A DNA stretch of 64,000 nucleotides from Curvularia clavata. Taxonomy: Eukaryota. The notes under the pieces are model-generated. The model was not told the origin of the DNA. It did not search any database and saw only the letters and a program-made list of their open reading frames with translations. Both the position numbers and the translations under genes were made by a program. Of the stretch, positions 48,613 through 61,721 are shown piece after piece. Location: contig CP089275.1 of assembly GCA_023920165.1 (NCBI GenBank), forward strand, positions 4,278,001 to 4,342,000, written 5' to 3'. The stretch's first letter is position 1; each line of letters starts with the position of its first letter.

Positions 48613-50970
48613 ATGCTTCCCCCGCCACTACGTCGCAATTCGCTATGTCTCTTCTGCGCCTTCGCCGCCCGCTCACGACCACAGCCGCCACGCCTTCTCT
48701 CTAGAATTCAGATTGCGCAACGAGTTACTTTGTCTAAATTCGGGAAAAATGCTACACACTACAACCCTCTCGAACATAGCAATCCTGTTCGTTTGGGAGG
48801 CTTCAAGAACGCCGCACCCCCCACTCGCATTGTCCAGGAAAAGCTAGTTAAGCTAAAGAAGGAGTTGAATGAGCCGGGGTTCCTTGAGAGTCTTCACCTG
48901 ACCAAGGAGGCATTTGATCGCGAATGGCTCACCTTTGAAAGGGCCATCGATGTACAGCTCAAACGAAACACGCCCGAGCTGCAGACACTGGCCAGTCAGG
49001 CAAGACGGGGCAAGTCGACGCTTCAAACACAACTGCGACAGCAGTTCTATGCACAAGTATTTGGAGGACGCTTTACGGCAGCCGAATTAGAGAACCAGAA
49101 AGAGGTGGCTGACTTGCGATATCCGGTCGAGTGGTACCCTGCGACACGAGAAATTCCACGCACCGTACACATGCACGTTGGTCCGACCAACTCTGGCAAA
49201 ACTTATCATGCCCTCAAGCGCCTCGAAGAAGTAAAGTCAGGCATCTACCTTGGACCGTTGCGCCTCCTCGCCCACGAAGTATACACACGTCTCAATGCAA
49301 AAGGGAAACCATGCGCACTGGTTACTGGCGAGGAACAGCGAATACCACAAGGAGAGCGCGTCCAAATGTACAGTTGTACTGTGGAGATGGCTCCACTTAA
49401 CACACAGTTTGATGTCGCGGTCATAGACGAAATACAGATGATCAACCACCCTGATCGAGGTTGGGCTTGGACTCAAGCTTTCCTGGGCCTGCAAGCAAGA
49501 GAGATTCACCTTTGCGGAGAAGCCCGGACAGTGCCGTTAATGCGTGAACTTTGCGCTCTTGTCGGAGACAAAGTCCATGTCCACGAATATAACCGTCTGA
49601 CTCCGCTCAAGGTTCAGCCACGGAGTTTGCAAGGAAAGCTTAACAGACTCGAGAAGGGCGACTGTATTGTTGCTTTCACAGTCCTGGGTATCCATGCTCT
49701 GCGGCGAGAAATTGAGAAGAAGACAGGCAAGAAATGCGCCATTGTCTATGGAAGCCTGCCACCAGAAACAAGAGCTCAACAAGCCCGGCTGTTCAACGAC
49801 CCAGACAACGAGTACGACTTTCTAGTTGCTAGTGATGCCATCGGTATGGGCCTCAATCTGTAAGTATAACTGGCTCAGCATTGCCGAGAAGGAACTGACA
49901 GTTGCAGTGCCATCAAGCGTGTCATCTTCGACTCTACTATCAAGAGTGATGGAACAAATCTCGTACCACTGCAGATCTCGGATATCAAACAAATTGCAGG
50001 CCGCGCAGGTCGCTACAAGACAGCTCATCAAGCAGTCAATCAAGATTTGAAACAGGTTTCAGTGGCAGATACTGTCATCGACCCCACCATAGGCCTAGAC
50101 GACAAGGTGCCTGATGCTGAGGAAATAAAAGCATCCGAACCGAACACCATTGGATGGGTTACAACGCTTGAGCCGGTAGATCTTGGCTACCTGAAAAGGG
50201 GCATGGCGCGGGAGCCAGAAGAGATTAAGACGGCTGGGCTGTTTCCTCCTTCTCTGGTTGTGGAGCGATTCGCAAACTATTTTCCGCCTGGCACACCTTT
50301 CGGGTACATCATGTTGCGCCTGCACGAGATCTCGACAATACATCCTCGCTTTCACCTCTGTGCGCTAAAGGATCAACTAGCGATTGCCGACGTCATCCAT
50401 CCAGTCAAGAATCTTAGTGTTCAAGACCGTATTGTGATTTGTGCTGCGCCCATCAATATGCGCTCGGCTCCTGAGCGCGCCTTTCTTCAGAAACTTGCTG
50501 AGTGCATAGCGGATGGCAAATCGGGGAGTTTGCTAGATATCGAGTGTCTGCCACTCAGTGTCATGGACCAGCCGCCTTCTGGTGACCGGGAATACCTATC
50601 CAAGCTCGAACAATTACACAAGATGCTTGTGTGTTATCTTTGGTTGAGTTATCGCTTTCCCAATGTCTTTACGACCAGGGCCCTTGCAAACTACACTAAG
50701 AAACTGGTCGAAGATCAGATTGAGAAGACACTCACTGAGTTCTCCTTCATCGAACAAGTGAGACTCCGACAAATCAAATCGAGGAATCAGGCGAGAAAAC
50801 ACATGCAAACGGACCTTGAGGAGCCAGTTGACGAAGTCGAGAGTCATCAAGAACAAACACCTGATGGGCTACACAGTGACACGAACATGAACAAACACTC
50901 GAACGATCCACCCAACAGTAAGCTCGACTCGGTTGTAGAAGAGCACAAAGGAGATGTTGCAAATGCTTAA
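48613..50970 (+). CDS. SUV3: Mitochondrial ATP-dependent RNA helicase Suv3, 2 exons
   Basis: Intron 49860-49907. Presequence, then HVGPTNSGKT, GPLRLLAHE, DEIQ, YGSLPPETR, SDAIGMGLNL and QIAGRAGR. Confidence 0.95.
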
Positions 50971-52228
50971 GACAAAGCCAGCAACGAGTTGAAGATGCAG
51001 AACCTATATCCGACGAAGCGGACTGCAGGTGCGTCATCCGACACTTCGATTTTAATGTGGCACGATACCACTTGTATATTATGATGTATCTATTTCGCGT
51101 TGTACATACACCGGATAGAAAGAGCAAGGCTCTGGTCATTTTCGGCGTTCCCAAAACTTACCATGGTTCTAGACCTGTACTGTCACGGAACACAGGTTTC
51201 CTCGCCACTTCTGCGCTTATATCGATGGAGCGTAACAAGTCTTTCTTTTCACTTGCTGCTATATATTGGAAGACTCTCACTACAATGTTGCATTTTGGCA
51301 CAAATCCAGTGCGCCTTGTTGCCTACTTTGCATGGCCAGATTGCTTCATCGGCCCTCCGCCACGAAGGACTTCTCTTTAGGCGGAATACGAATCGATGGC
51401 CTGTTAAGGCTGTCACATCTTCGGGTGATGTGTGGATAGTCCTCTGCTACAACGTGAAAATGCGATGCAAGGCGCAGCTTTTGTAGACACCGAGGCTAGC
51501 TTCTTGTAGCTTTTGATAGCCTAACTCGTACAGCCAAAGTCTTATAATATATATATATATCATGGCACCAAGTAGAGTTCGTGGCAATGCATTACTCTGG
51601 TCCACTTGGACCGACTAACGGATACACAGCCTTCCAGTAGGCTGGTCGGTCACGGTGTCGCGTGATGCCGTATTGTCGGGCGAAGGTATGGTAACTAGCG
51701 TACCAAGCACCTATACAGGTCGTTTTTAGTATGTGACTGATAGAGGATTCCAAGTCAACCCGGAGAAATCCTGACGTGGTAACTGCCAACTATGTCCTTG
51801 GCGAGATATACAGGATGGCAACTAGAGAGGTGGCTGAGCCCAGTACAAGTAAAGAGCTGGAGAACGCCCAATACGTCATAACTAAGTTTGCGGTACGGGT
51901 CGAGGCAGCCTAAGGAAACGCGCAGTACGTTGGGGCTTCGGACCGAACATTGCCGTAAAGTACCAGTAAAATCGAGACTGGGTTTGGGAAAAAGCCCATT
52001 CACGGGTAGATGCGTGCGCAAATTGTCCGGGCAAGGGGGTTAGCTTAGATCAGCCCTACATCAGATAGCAAATCTCCCGGCGCTTCCGCAGGGGCCATGA
52101 CCGAACTTCTTCCACAACACCCAACAACTCACCGCATGTGGACACAGTGTCGCAGTCTTAGCAAATTATAGATAGCCTTTTCTTGCTTCAGTAGCACGCA
52201 GAGCTCCTCTCTGCACCCAACCGTCGCC

Positions 52229-53292
52229 ATGATGGTGCCTGCCCACATTCTCGAGATCCCGCGGCCCAAGGTACGTCAGGAAACACAGCCCAGCTGGGAA
52301 TATTCAGACATGATGCTACATTACCAAGGGGAGAGACTAATGCCTGCTCGTAGACATTTCTGCAGAAAATGTCGCTGCGTACTGGCGCCGAGATCATCAC
52401 CTTCCTCCAGATCATCAACAAGGCGTCGGGCGTCTACGGTCTCCTGGCGCTGCTCACCGGCGCCAAAATCGATGGCTGGCAACTGTCCATGTACCTCTAC
52501 TCGACTTTTGCACTTGTTGCCACAACCTACCTATACAAACACATCAGATTACAGAGTCCTTTTGAATCCGTACTGCTTGCGCACCTGTATGCGCTCGACT
52601 CGGTCATCAACGCGCTATACACGGCCTTTTTCGGCATCGCATGGTTCTACGCGCTTGCGTCGCACCCCGACGAGAATGCTGGGCTATCACCTGGTATGAA
52701 GGACAATGCGGGCTTCACCAGCCCCAAGCACAACGTTTCGGAGGTGGACATCATTGTCGAGCCAGCAAACGGCATCCAAGGCGGCCAACACGCCATCGCC
52801 ATCGGCCAGGGCAGTCCTGATGCCGCAGGTCTTGGCAATGCCGTCTTCCAGAGCAGCAGCATCATGAGCATCTCGCTCATTTCTGGTTTCTGGGCTCTGC
52901 GCGTCTACTTTGTCTTCATCATGCTGGCTTTTGCACGCCAGTGTCTCCGTCAGCACATGGCCGCCAACGCTTCCTCTGCGGCGTGGTACAACTCGAACGA
53001 CATGCAAACGACAGCACACGACCTGGCCGAGAATCCTTTTGCTGAGGGCAAAGAAGAAGGCAACGGCTGGAGAGGCCAGCTCGGTAGGGTCATGCTTAGC
53101 GGCGCACCCAAGTACTGGCTCGGCGCTGATGAGGGCGAGGACTGGATGCGGGGAGTTGGAGGCAGATTCAGGAAGGCCACACAGCTGGACCAGCCGCCTG
53201 TTGGCTTCAACGAGCGAGAGAGGAGACGGAGAGCCGGAACCGGTCCACCAGTGCCGCAACTAAAGATGTTGAACCCCGAACTGCCAAAGTAG
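52229..53292 (+). CDS. KEI1: Inositolphosphorylceramide synthase regulatory subunit Kei1, 2 exons
   Basis: Removing intron 52271-52353 gives PRPKTFLQKMSLRTGAEII..INKASGVYGLLALLTG. Four hydrophobic segments. Confidence 0.82.
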
Positions 53293-54248
53293 ATTGTGGG
53301 TAGTGGTGGGGTGTTTGGTTTAGCACGAGGCAGCTTAGCGGGAGTGGTAAAAGGAGACGACTGATGACGGAGGAGGAGCGGTAATGACACGACCTAGGGG
53401 AAGCGCCTCAGGAGATCGAAGCGCATTTGTACTATACCTACTACCTATTAATGTTTCGGCGTACATCGGACGTGGTATTTGGCACAGCAGCGGCACGCCA
53501 GGTTTTCTTGTAGCCTGGACGTAGCAGCGGCATGTTGCAGCCATGTTCGGTCTTTGGCTTACATCATCTTTCCACACCACAACTGACCTGATTTTGCCAT
53601 GGCTCCGCGCCACAGCTGGCAAAACTCGGAGTAGTAGTCAGGGCAACTACGGCGGCCAAAATGCGTGGCGCTGCAAGACCGAGGCAGGCCTATCCCCACC
53701 ACACCACAGACAACGACGCTGTCAAGGGCGGGCTAAGCCACACTCGGCTAGCCGACACGCATCAGGTGAATGACGGACTGTCTCACCTCACCGCCGGCCT
53801 GCCAACTGGACCCTGACACCACTCCTTTCGCTCAACCGTTAAGGCAAACATGTGCCGGGGCTTAGTGATGTCTAGTGGGCCGCCGCATGCGTGTGCCACT
53901 GTCACACTTCCGTCCGGACGCGGCCTGGATGACCTGTCATTCATGGCCGATGTCAGGTCTTGGGCCGCACTGATAAGGGGGCCGGCATGGCTGCACATGG
54001 GAAACCATCGGATATAGCCTGTTAGCTGCAGCCTCTCCGCAGTCTTCTGGGGCTTGTTGAAATTTTTCTGACTCGAAAAGTTTGGCTCCTGGTTTGACTA
54101 GAACACTTTCATCAGGCTTATTCCAACCAAATATCTCCAGCCGTTGACGCACAGATACACACTCGCTTTGTTTGGAGTACAACAGGGACGACTGATAGGG
54201 AAGGAAGAAGAATAGCCTTGTAAGAGCAGGACATCAGTTTGGTCTACC

Positions 54249-55649
54249 ATGGGCTTCTTTCGTCGCTCTCTGAGCTTCGGCTCTTCACGTTCACGCCCAC
54301 CAACCGACGACTCTGCGTCTGATACAGCGAGTTCGAGGACGAGCATAGATTCTGCCTTTGGACGCGATGTATCAGACTCTCTGGCCACCATCACCAAACT
54401 GCCCCAAAAGGCACCGATTCTTACCCTTCCGGTCGAACTGATCCAGCACGTCAACACCTACCTCGACACTGCCTCTGCAGCAGCCTTTTGTCTGTCCAGT
54501 CGCTTCATCTACTACTCCCTCGGCACTAACGTGCTCACTCGCTACGTCGAGGGAAGCAAGAACCGGTTCGAGAAACGCCGGACCATCGAAGCCGTAGTCG
54601 AACGAGCATTTCCCGGCCACTGGTTCTGCGGCTGGTGCGATAAGTTCCACCGATGGAGCCCCAACGAGGGCCCAAAGACTCTCTCCTCGGGTAAACGACG
54701 TGAGTGCGCCGATTTCAACAGTTACCTCCATGCCAGCAACGACTACATCCTCCGCTACCACCACGTCCGACTGGCCATCAACGCCGCCCTCCTCGGCCCC
54801 GAACACGGCATCCCCCTTTCAGCCTTCACTCACGAGCAAAAAGGCATGGCCAAGATCTCAAGGACACCCGTGCCAACGAAGCTGCAAATCTCCGCCAAGA
54901 TATCCAGAGGCCGTTTCCTGCTCCACTCCTCTTTTGCCATTATCATCCCTTCTTTTGCAACACGCAGCCGTCACCTACTAAGTTCCTTGTGGCCCGCGAT
55001 CCCTCACATCCTCACCGGCCACCACGACAGCGACAACGGGCACTCTGGTCTTATGGCCGCCGTCGACAATGCCGTCCGCCGCGGCTGGAAGTACCAGTTC
55101 ACACAGAACTGCAGCATGTGCGCCACTGACTGGGCTGTTAGCACCCAAGTATTTCCCCACGCGACAGGCGGACAGACCAGACTCGTTGTACAGTCCTGGC
55201 GCGATCTTGGTACCGCTCGTACGCCGTTTGAAACGGGCTGGCGCGCTCACGGTGTTTGTACGGCCGAGGGCTGGGCGAAGACGTCGGTATCGTCGGGGAC
55301 GTGCCTGCTGCGTATGGCAGGATTACAGGCTGGTGTTGTTCGTCGCGCATTTGAGAGCGCCGAAACGTCGACTCCATCGTACGAGACCAAGGTACAGGAG
55401 CCCAAGAGTTCACCCACAACTCGTATTTATCGCTCTTTTATGAGGCGGAACACGCTCGGCGAAGAGGATAGGCTCGACGGACATGACGACGTGATTCGCA
55501 GGTCGAGAGCTATACCTCGGTCTTGGAGGACGGCAGAGGAGAATGCAGAGGCCGCGAGACGGTATGAGGAGGATAGGCGGGATGTTGTGAGGAGTGCAGC
55601 TGAGGAGATGGCGAGGATGAGTGTGCAGCGGGGAAGGACGTTGAGCTAG
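54249..55649 (+). CDS. F-box-like domain protein of unknown function (466 aa)
   Basis: F-box-like ILTLPVELIQHVNTYLDTASAAAFCLSSRFIY, plus CxxCxxxH, CxxCxTD and WRDLG motifs seen in fungal F-box families. Confidence 0.75.
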   Translation: MGFFRRSLSFGSSRSRPPTDDSASDTASSRTSIDSAFGRDVSDSLATITKLPQKAPILTLPVELIQHVNTYLDTASAAAFCLSSRFIYYSLGTNVLTRYVEGSKNRFEKRRTIEAVVERAFPGHWFCGWCDKFHRWSPNEGPKTLSSGKRRECADFNSYLHASNDYILRYHHVRLAINAALLGPEHGIPLSAFTHEQKGMAKISRTPVPTKLQISAKISRGRFLLHSSFAIIIPSFATRSRHLLSSLWPAIPHILTGHHDSDNGHSGLMAAVDNAVRRGWKYQFTQNCSMCATDWAVSTQVFPHATGGQTRLVVQSWRDLGTARTPFETGWRAHGVCTAEGWAKTSVSSGTCLLRMAGLQAGVVRRAFESAETSTPSYETKVQEPKSSPTTRIYRSFMRRNTLGEEDRLDGHDDVIRRSRAIPRSWRTAEENAEAARRYEEDRRDVVRSAAEEMARMSVQRGRTLS

Positions 55650-56163
55650 GTGGCGGGGTACTTTGTCTCCAAGCCGCTGGACATATGTTGCTTTTCCCCC
55701 TTTCCTTTCTTTTTTCTTTAACAGCGGGCGTTTGGTATGGGAGATTATGGTCTTTCAGACACATTTTCAGCATTTTTAGCGGGCGTGATTGGCCATTTTT
55801 GAAGAAGGCGCAGTTATAGATTAAACTGCAGAGTTCTTATAGACAAGAGAACAACTACTCAGTCGCAAGACATGATATTCAAATTATTATCATCAGTTTT
55901 CATCTCAAGGAAACAGCTTGTTATGATTTTCTGAATGCAAATTTCCATTGTTCTAGTTTATATGCACACTTTCTAGTTCCACCACAACGTCACACCAAAT
56001 ATATACAAGGTATGAGAGAGAAGGAGAAGAAGCGAATGAATCAGGGCACGTGGACAAGCGCCGAGAAGAAAAGCTACACCTGAACCTCTCTCTCTCTAAG
56101 GTCCAGGCGAAGCATCTAGTCCATCATAACCATAGCCTCTGCAGCATAGCAATCTTGAATTGC

Positions 56164-57577
56164 TTACGAGGGCTGAGCAAAAGTAGAGCCAATAGGACCA
56201 AACTTGATGTTGGAGAAGACAACGGTGGCATCGGGAGAGTTCTTCTCGACATCCTCGGGCTTGCCAGAGGTGATGGGGCAAGTACCACGGGCAGCACCGG
56301 GCTTGGTGGAGTCGGTGGGGTAGGTCGAGTCGAGCCAGAGCATGTTGACAGCGTGGTCGTCCCAGAGGGACATAACGAGGACGTGGCCGCGAGCAAGCGA
56401 CGCACCCATGCCGTTGAGACCACCAAGGGTGGCAAAGGAGGAAGTGTCGCCGAAAGCCTTCTTCTGAGCGGTACAGAAGTCCTCGGTGATGGAGTTGCCC
56501 TTGACGCCGTCAATGGCAGACTCGGAGTTCTTGTAGACCTTGCCGTTCTGGACGTAGAAACGCTTGATCTCAGAAAGGCTGGAGCCAGAGCCGATGAACT
56601 GGGTGACGACAGTCATCTTCTTGCTGGTGTCGAGAGTGGCACCGGGACCGTAGAAGTTCTTGACACCCATGCGGTAGCTGTTGAAGTCGCATCCGTCCTT
56701 GTCACACATACCCTTGTAGCGGTTGTCACCGTCACCGCAGGTCACGGAGTCAGTGCACTCCTGGATACCAGTGCCCTTGCAGGGGTGAGGGGTATAGGCA
56801 GTGGAGATGGAGTTGGCCTCCCAGATATCCATCTCAGCGCAGCAGGCACCAATCTTACCGGCTCCGCCGTTGGGGTCGGCAGCCGATGGGTTCCATCCCT
56901 CAACGTTGGCCTTGCCGTTGATGAACTTGATGTCATGAGGACACTGCGAGTCACAGTATCCGGTTCCGTACTTGGCACCGGCCTTGTTGTTGCCTTTGCC
57001 GATGCCACCATCAGCGGCCATTTCAACAAAGTAGAGAGCACCGTTCAGACCGCAGGGTAGCTTGGAGACATCAACGTCGAAAGTGAACTCCTTGCCAATG
57101 AGGTTGAACATCTGGTACTTGGTGTCGGTCTCCATGAGGTAGGTACGCGAACCAATGTTGCTAGAGAAGGAACCCTTGGTGACGAACTTGAGGCTGAGAG
57201 CGTTGTTGCTGGTAGTGATACCATAGGTGCCTGAAGAGTGTTAGAAAGGAATCATGATCTCTTCGTTCAGACAGCATACCCGAGTAGTCAGCACCGTCAA
57301 TGGCGCAGTTCTTGGTGCAGCTTTCACCGTCAGGGCAGTATTCAGTGCTCCAGGTGTTGCCTGTGTAGCAGTTGGTGTATCCGCCGACGTTGTGGGCCCA
57401 TCGCCAGTTGGAATCGAGCACAATCGATCCACTCTTGTTCTGGCAGTTAGTGCCGCCAGTGCCCGTGCAAGTTTGCCAGTTCAGCTTGGGGTGAGTCTCA
57501 GCAGTGCTGGTGCCAACCTGCTGAGCGCGGGCGGCACCATAGAGTGAGAGAGAAGCGAAGGCGAGTGTCCTGTACAT
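56164..57577 (-). CDS. cel1: GH7 cellobiohydrolase I without CBM1, 2 exons
   Basis: Signal peptide [20 protein letters not shown] and intron 57279-57231. Motifs [27 protein letters not shown], catalytic EMDIWEAN and LWLDS. The protein ends right after [12 protein letters not shown]. Confidence 0.96.
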
Positions 57578-57640
57578 GGCGGCTTGCTGAATGAAAGTCA
57601 GGTGTTGGATATGGAAAGTTTCTGACTGTCGAGGACTCCC

Positions 57641-58074
57641 CCTTATATACAAAACCTTCACTGCTGCTGAGCATCAGGGTGGTACTTTACCAAAGTACCT
57701 ATATGACCGTTCGTTATTGCAAGCCGCATGCGATCAGCATAATTGAGTCTCCTGCAGACAATTCTCACCAATACCATGAGTACTACGGGACGTCGGGAGT
57801 GTAGAACATCACTAGAAGCGCCAGAGTAATGAAGAGTAGATGAATTATCCGTAGTGTCTTCCTTGTCGTGGAGTAGTCCGGGGTATTGTGGAGATCTGTG
57901 CGCCACGGAAAACGGGCCCCTTGCCCTAAGGAGGTAAGGAAACAAACAGTGGGTGGAGAAGAATATGCAGCTTTGCCCGCCGATGCACCAAGTCCAATCC
58001 AATATGGGTTGCAATTTAAACTCTTAGCCTCTGACGCTATTCGACAGCAGGAAACTAGCCTCATACGTGTGGGG
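57641..58074 (-). promoter_or_regulatory. Cellulase promoter: TATA box, CreA (SYGGRG) cluster and XlnR-like GGCTAR sites
   Basis: TATATAA on the - strand at about 57643-57649. SYGGRG at 57868, 57878, 57888, 57953 and 58069. GGCTAA and GGCTAG on the - strand at 58024-58029 and 58055-58060. Confidence 0.55.
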
Positions 58075-59973
58075 GCGAAGTTGCGTAGATCAACACTCAT
58101 GGCACTGAGTGTGGCTTGGCTCACACCTTGTCACCAGGTCACGCGTTGTTTCGCAGGTATCAGTCGAGCGGGTGTGTATATTGCCATTGCCGCATGCTGA
58201 TCCAAAACAGCAGTGCCAGAGCAAGGCTTCTCCCGCGAATATCTCTTCGTAGCCGCTGCAGTTCCTGGCATCTGGCTTAGTTGTTTCGAGACCCGGTTGG
58301 CGTATATTACTTTTCCAACAACCCGTGAGCACATATGAGCGGATCTTCTAGAAAAGACATGCTCGGTCCGATTCAGCAATCAATAACCAGGTTAGGGCCA
58401 TGAGGCTCACGAGTCTATCCAGGTTTTGATTTTGACCGAAACATCAAGGTTGCTTGCATGGATTGCGCCACTACGAGCAACACTGTAGAGACTGGCGTTT
58501 TTGACGCAGCGAAGCTTCCGTGCGGGGGAAGCAGAGACTGCCTAACAAGCTTTGCCTTATGGATGACTTGACACGTACGTCCAATCAATATCGGGCAAGC
58601 GCATATGGAAGAAGACCACTTGTTGGCGAAGGCGTAGTGGATACTGAGAGAGCAAGGTCAAATGACCTTCGGCCGTAGGTTTCAGGTACAGGTTAGTAAA
58701 AGCTTACAACCGACACGAAGCCCCCGGGATAAACGGGACGAGACTCCTCTGAAAAATAAGCTACACCGTGCTCGAAGCTTCGTAGGTGTGACCTAAGTCT
58801 TCGCAAAGAGGCATCGACCCGAATCCTCGGTTAATCTTCCGTGCTAGATAGATTGATGTCCAGGGATGACAGCTCGCCAAGACCGGGGTCTCGCTTCGAA
58901 TTTGTCCGCTACTTCGGCTTTTGACTTGTGAATTTGCGAAACAGCGATCCGGGAAGGTTCGCAAGGTGAAGTTGAGATTTAGACTGTCTCAATATTCGCT
59001 GTATCATGCGACGAGGATGGCAAGAGTTAGACGTCGAGGTTGTATCCTTCGAACCCTGTATCAAGTTCAGCCTAATCAATCTACCCCTGGACAATATATA
59101 TTCCGACCAGTCAAGATGGACGGCCAGTTGTTTACCACGAAGAGTTTCCTGGTGGGCGGCGACTCCATATGGATCTGCAAGTAAGTGCCTTATGCACAAA
59201 ATATTGTAACCGGATAAGCCGCTGAGCCGCAAGCATTGCGCAGCTGTCCAGTGGGGTTGAGGCTGCTCGGTTAGACAAACACACTCAGAGGTATCACTTC
59301 TGATTATTCCGGCAGCTACCGATTAGATACCACACTGCTATATCGGTTGTATAATACTAGTAAGACATCTTGACAACTCGTCACCGGCAAGGAGCTGTCA
59401 GTTGGGCAATAGCGCACAAACTCATCTCAGAAGAGATTGCAGCATTTTTTGCCGGTACACATGAGAAGACATGATAACTGAAATTGAAACAAATGCATAT
59501 GTAGGGAAATAACGATAAGGATGGGGGTACAAAGCAAGATAGGTATACAGACCTTGGGAGAGACGGAGGCAAGGAACTATTCCTAGAGAGGAATGGCTGA
59601 TTTTCAGCTCTTGGCATTTGTTAATGTTCCTGTGGTATGTACTCGCCCAACCACCAGCATTCTACCTTTTGCCTGTTTGCTGCAATCAAATTGAACACTT
59701 GGGTCTCTCGGCATGTCTCTTGTACTATTCGGATGCGGAATCCTCGTCCGTTCCTCCACGAAACGGTTCCTGTCTTGTCGTAATTAATAATTTGCTCAAC
59801 AGTAGCGAAACTACCTGTAGGAGCAGACTGTGATTGAGTTCTGACCATTGTCGAACCATCGCGCGATGAACAGAAGATAACAGTCCTGGGCAAGTCCTTA
59901 TGGTGGAGCGGTTTCCCGGTCTCCCATAACGATTAATCTTGGTTTCGGTAGTCACAGCTTGTGGGCATTGTCA

Positions 59974-60940
59974 TCATCGATATCCGTTGGTATCCAACTC
60001 AGCAGGCGGTCGCGAACTTGGCAGTTCGACCACTTGTCCGTCAGAGTCTTTCTCATGGTACTGCTGGTAGTCCGGGTACGCCTTCCAGTGATTATTGCTT
60101 TGTCCATCCAACTCGACAGCTGTACCCTTCTGGCCTGCTCTTCTTCTTCTCCATACCCAAACTGCTGCAGCGACAAGCGCGATTACGAAAACCGGTCCAA
60201 TAACAACACCTGCTATCCAGGACTTGTCTTGGCCCAATGACGGTGCCTGTGGAGAAGCGGCTGTTGACGCGGTCGCTACGTTTGTGCTGGAAGTGGCTGT
60301 TGTATTCGAAGTTGCCGTGACTGCCGGTACGGATATGAAAATCGTTTTCACTCCTGCTTCTGTAGAGGTTGGGTCTGTAGAGGTTGGGTCTGTAGAGGTT
60401 GGGTCGGGGAGTGCGGTCGTTACAGTGTCGAATGACGTCGTCATCGGCTCCGCAGTTGCTGGTAGTTCCCGGTAGATGGTGTACGCTTTCCAGTACATAC
60501 GGCAGGCATAGTTGACTGCAGACGGGAGTCCCGCTGGGGATGTCGCATAAATCGTAGCCTCTACACAGGATGCTCCTGCACCGCTGATACTTGTCAGTAC
60601 ACATGTAGGTATCGAGGATGGCAGTGCTCACCAGGTCCAGACCGTATCGTCATCGTAGTGTAGCAGGTTCTTAGCACATTTTGTCGCTATTGGACAGCGA
60701 CCGCTGCTGTTACAGTCGCCCGCATAAGATCCAGAGGTGACCCAAGCATTGCCTGCATACAATGGCTCGACTGAACGGCTTCAGCTATGCTGATCCAGCA
60801 GGAAGACCCCAACGGAACGTACCAGAATTCGGTGCAATGTAATACCCAATGAACTTTGAGTCTGCTGATGTTATCTGGCAGCGTATCCTAACTATCAACA
60901 GAAAGATAACAGTGAGCGTGCGTTGAACATTAGGGAGCAT
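59974..60940 (-). CDS. Type I membrane protein: signal peptide, Cys-rich ectodomain, S/T stalk, one TM, short tail; 3 exons
   Basis: ATG at 60940. Introns 60822-60771 and 60631-60584 splice in frame into the 59974-60498 ORF. TM WIAGVVIGPVFVIALVAAAVWVW followed by RRRR. Confidence 0.8.
60361..60405. repeat. 3 x 15-bp perfect coding tandem repeat (DPTST)
   Basis: tgtagaggttgggtc repeated three times. Confidence 0.9.
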
Positions 60941-61721
60941 CGTGACGTCGTAGTGGTAGTAATGGTAGTGCAAGGTCAGTCCGCGGACTGGCAGGGAGCG
61001 CAGTTGTCGCACATACCAAAACAGCGACGATGCCTATTCACACACCTTCTCCTTTAGAATTGGGGAGGCCTGACAGTGGCATCGAAGGATTCTCAAATTG
61101 GGGGCCGAATGAGCCTAATTGGGCTAGGATGCATTGATTGCGGTATCGAAACTTCTTAGCCATCTCAAACTTCGTTCCTGGAGCTCGGAGGTTGCTCAAT
61201 TAGCATAAGTTCATTCTCACACGGGCCCTAGCGAGTCGCTCTAGAACTTATTCCACTGTTGACGTCGAGTCACTGCTGGAGGGACTCACCCTCTTGTCTG
61301 TACAGAGCAGAAATCGCAACTTCCTTGGAAAATACCTGGAAAATGTCACACCGTACTAACGATTAGATTTCGGACTGGATCCTATCTTGAGAGTGATGTT
61401 CCTGGCTCCCAGTCTAGGTCTCTCCAAGGAAATCCGTTTATCCGCATTCAATTTTCGACATCACCTCACGTAGCCATACCATGCGGCTATTGAAAACAGA
61501 ATATAATTGCTTACCCATAGGCAATAACAACCAACTTCGGCAAAGTCTATAGACCCCGTGGGCCGGCCATAACCGCACTCACAAAAGAAAAGCTCCTCTC
61601 CATTCTCGCTGGCGTATGTACAGTTTGGTTCGTGCTGCTGTATAATTCCGCCCATGCATCGCTCTGTTCCACACGTAGTTTATCCACTAGTCGCGCGGCT
61701 CCTACTGGTATTTGGTGCTCT

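Noticed and set aside
51609..51651. Intergenic hairpin GACCGAC..CAGCCT/AGGCTG..GTCGGTC
   Set aside because: 13 bp with a large one-sided bulge. No accompanying H/ACA, telomerase-template or RNase P/MRP motifs were found, so chance cannot be excluded.
57700..59900. Short ORFs in the 2.3-kb gap upstream of the cellulase gene, considered as gene or transposon relics
   Set aside because: No recognisable domains, terminal repeats or RIP-like AT enrichment. Most simply promoter and UTR sequence.
61461..61655. 64-aa Cys-containing ORF just downstream of the ESSS gene
   Set aside because: It starts 67 nt after the ESSS stop, so it probably lies in the 3'UTR. No convincing splice model or family.
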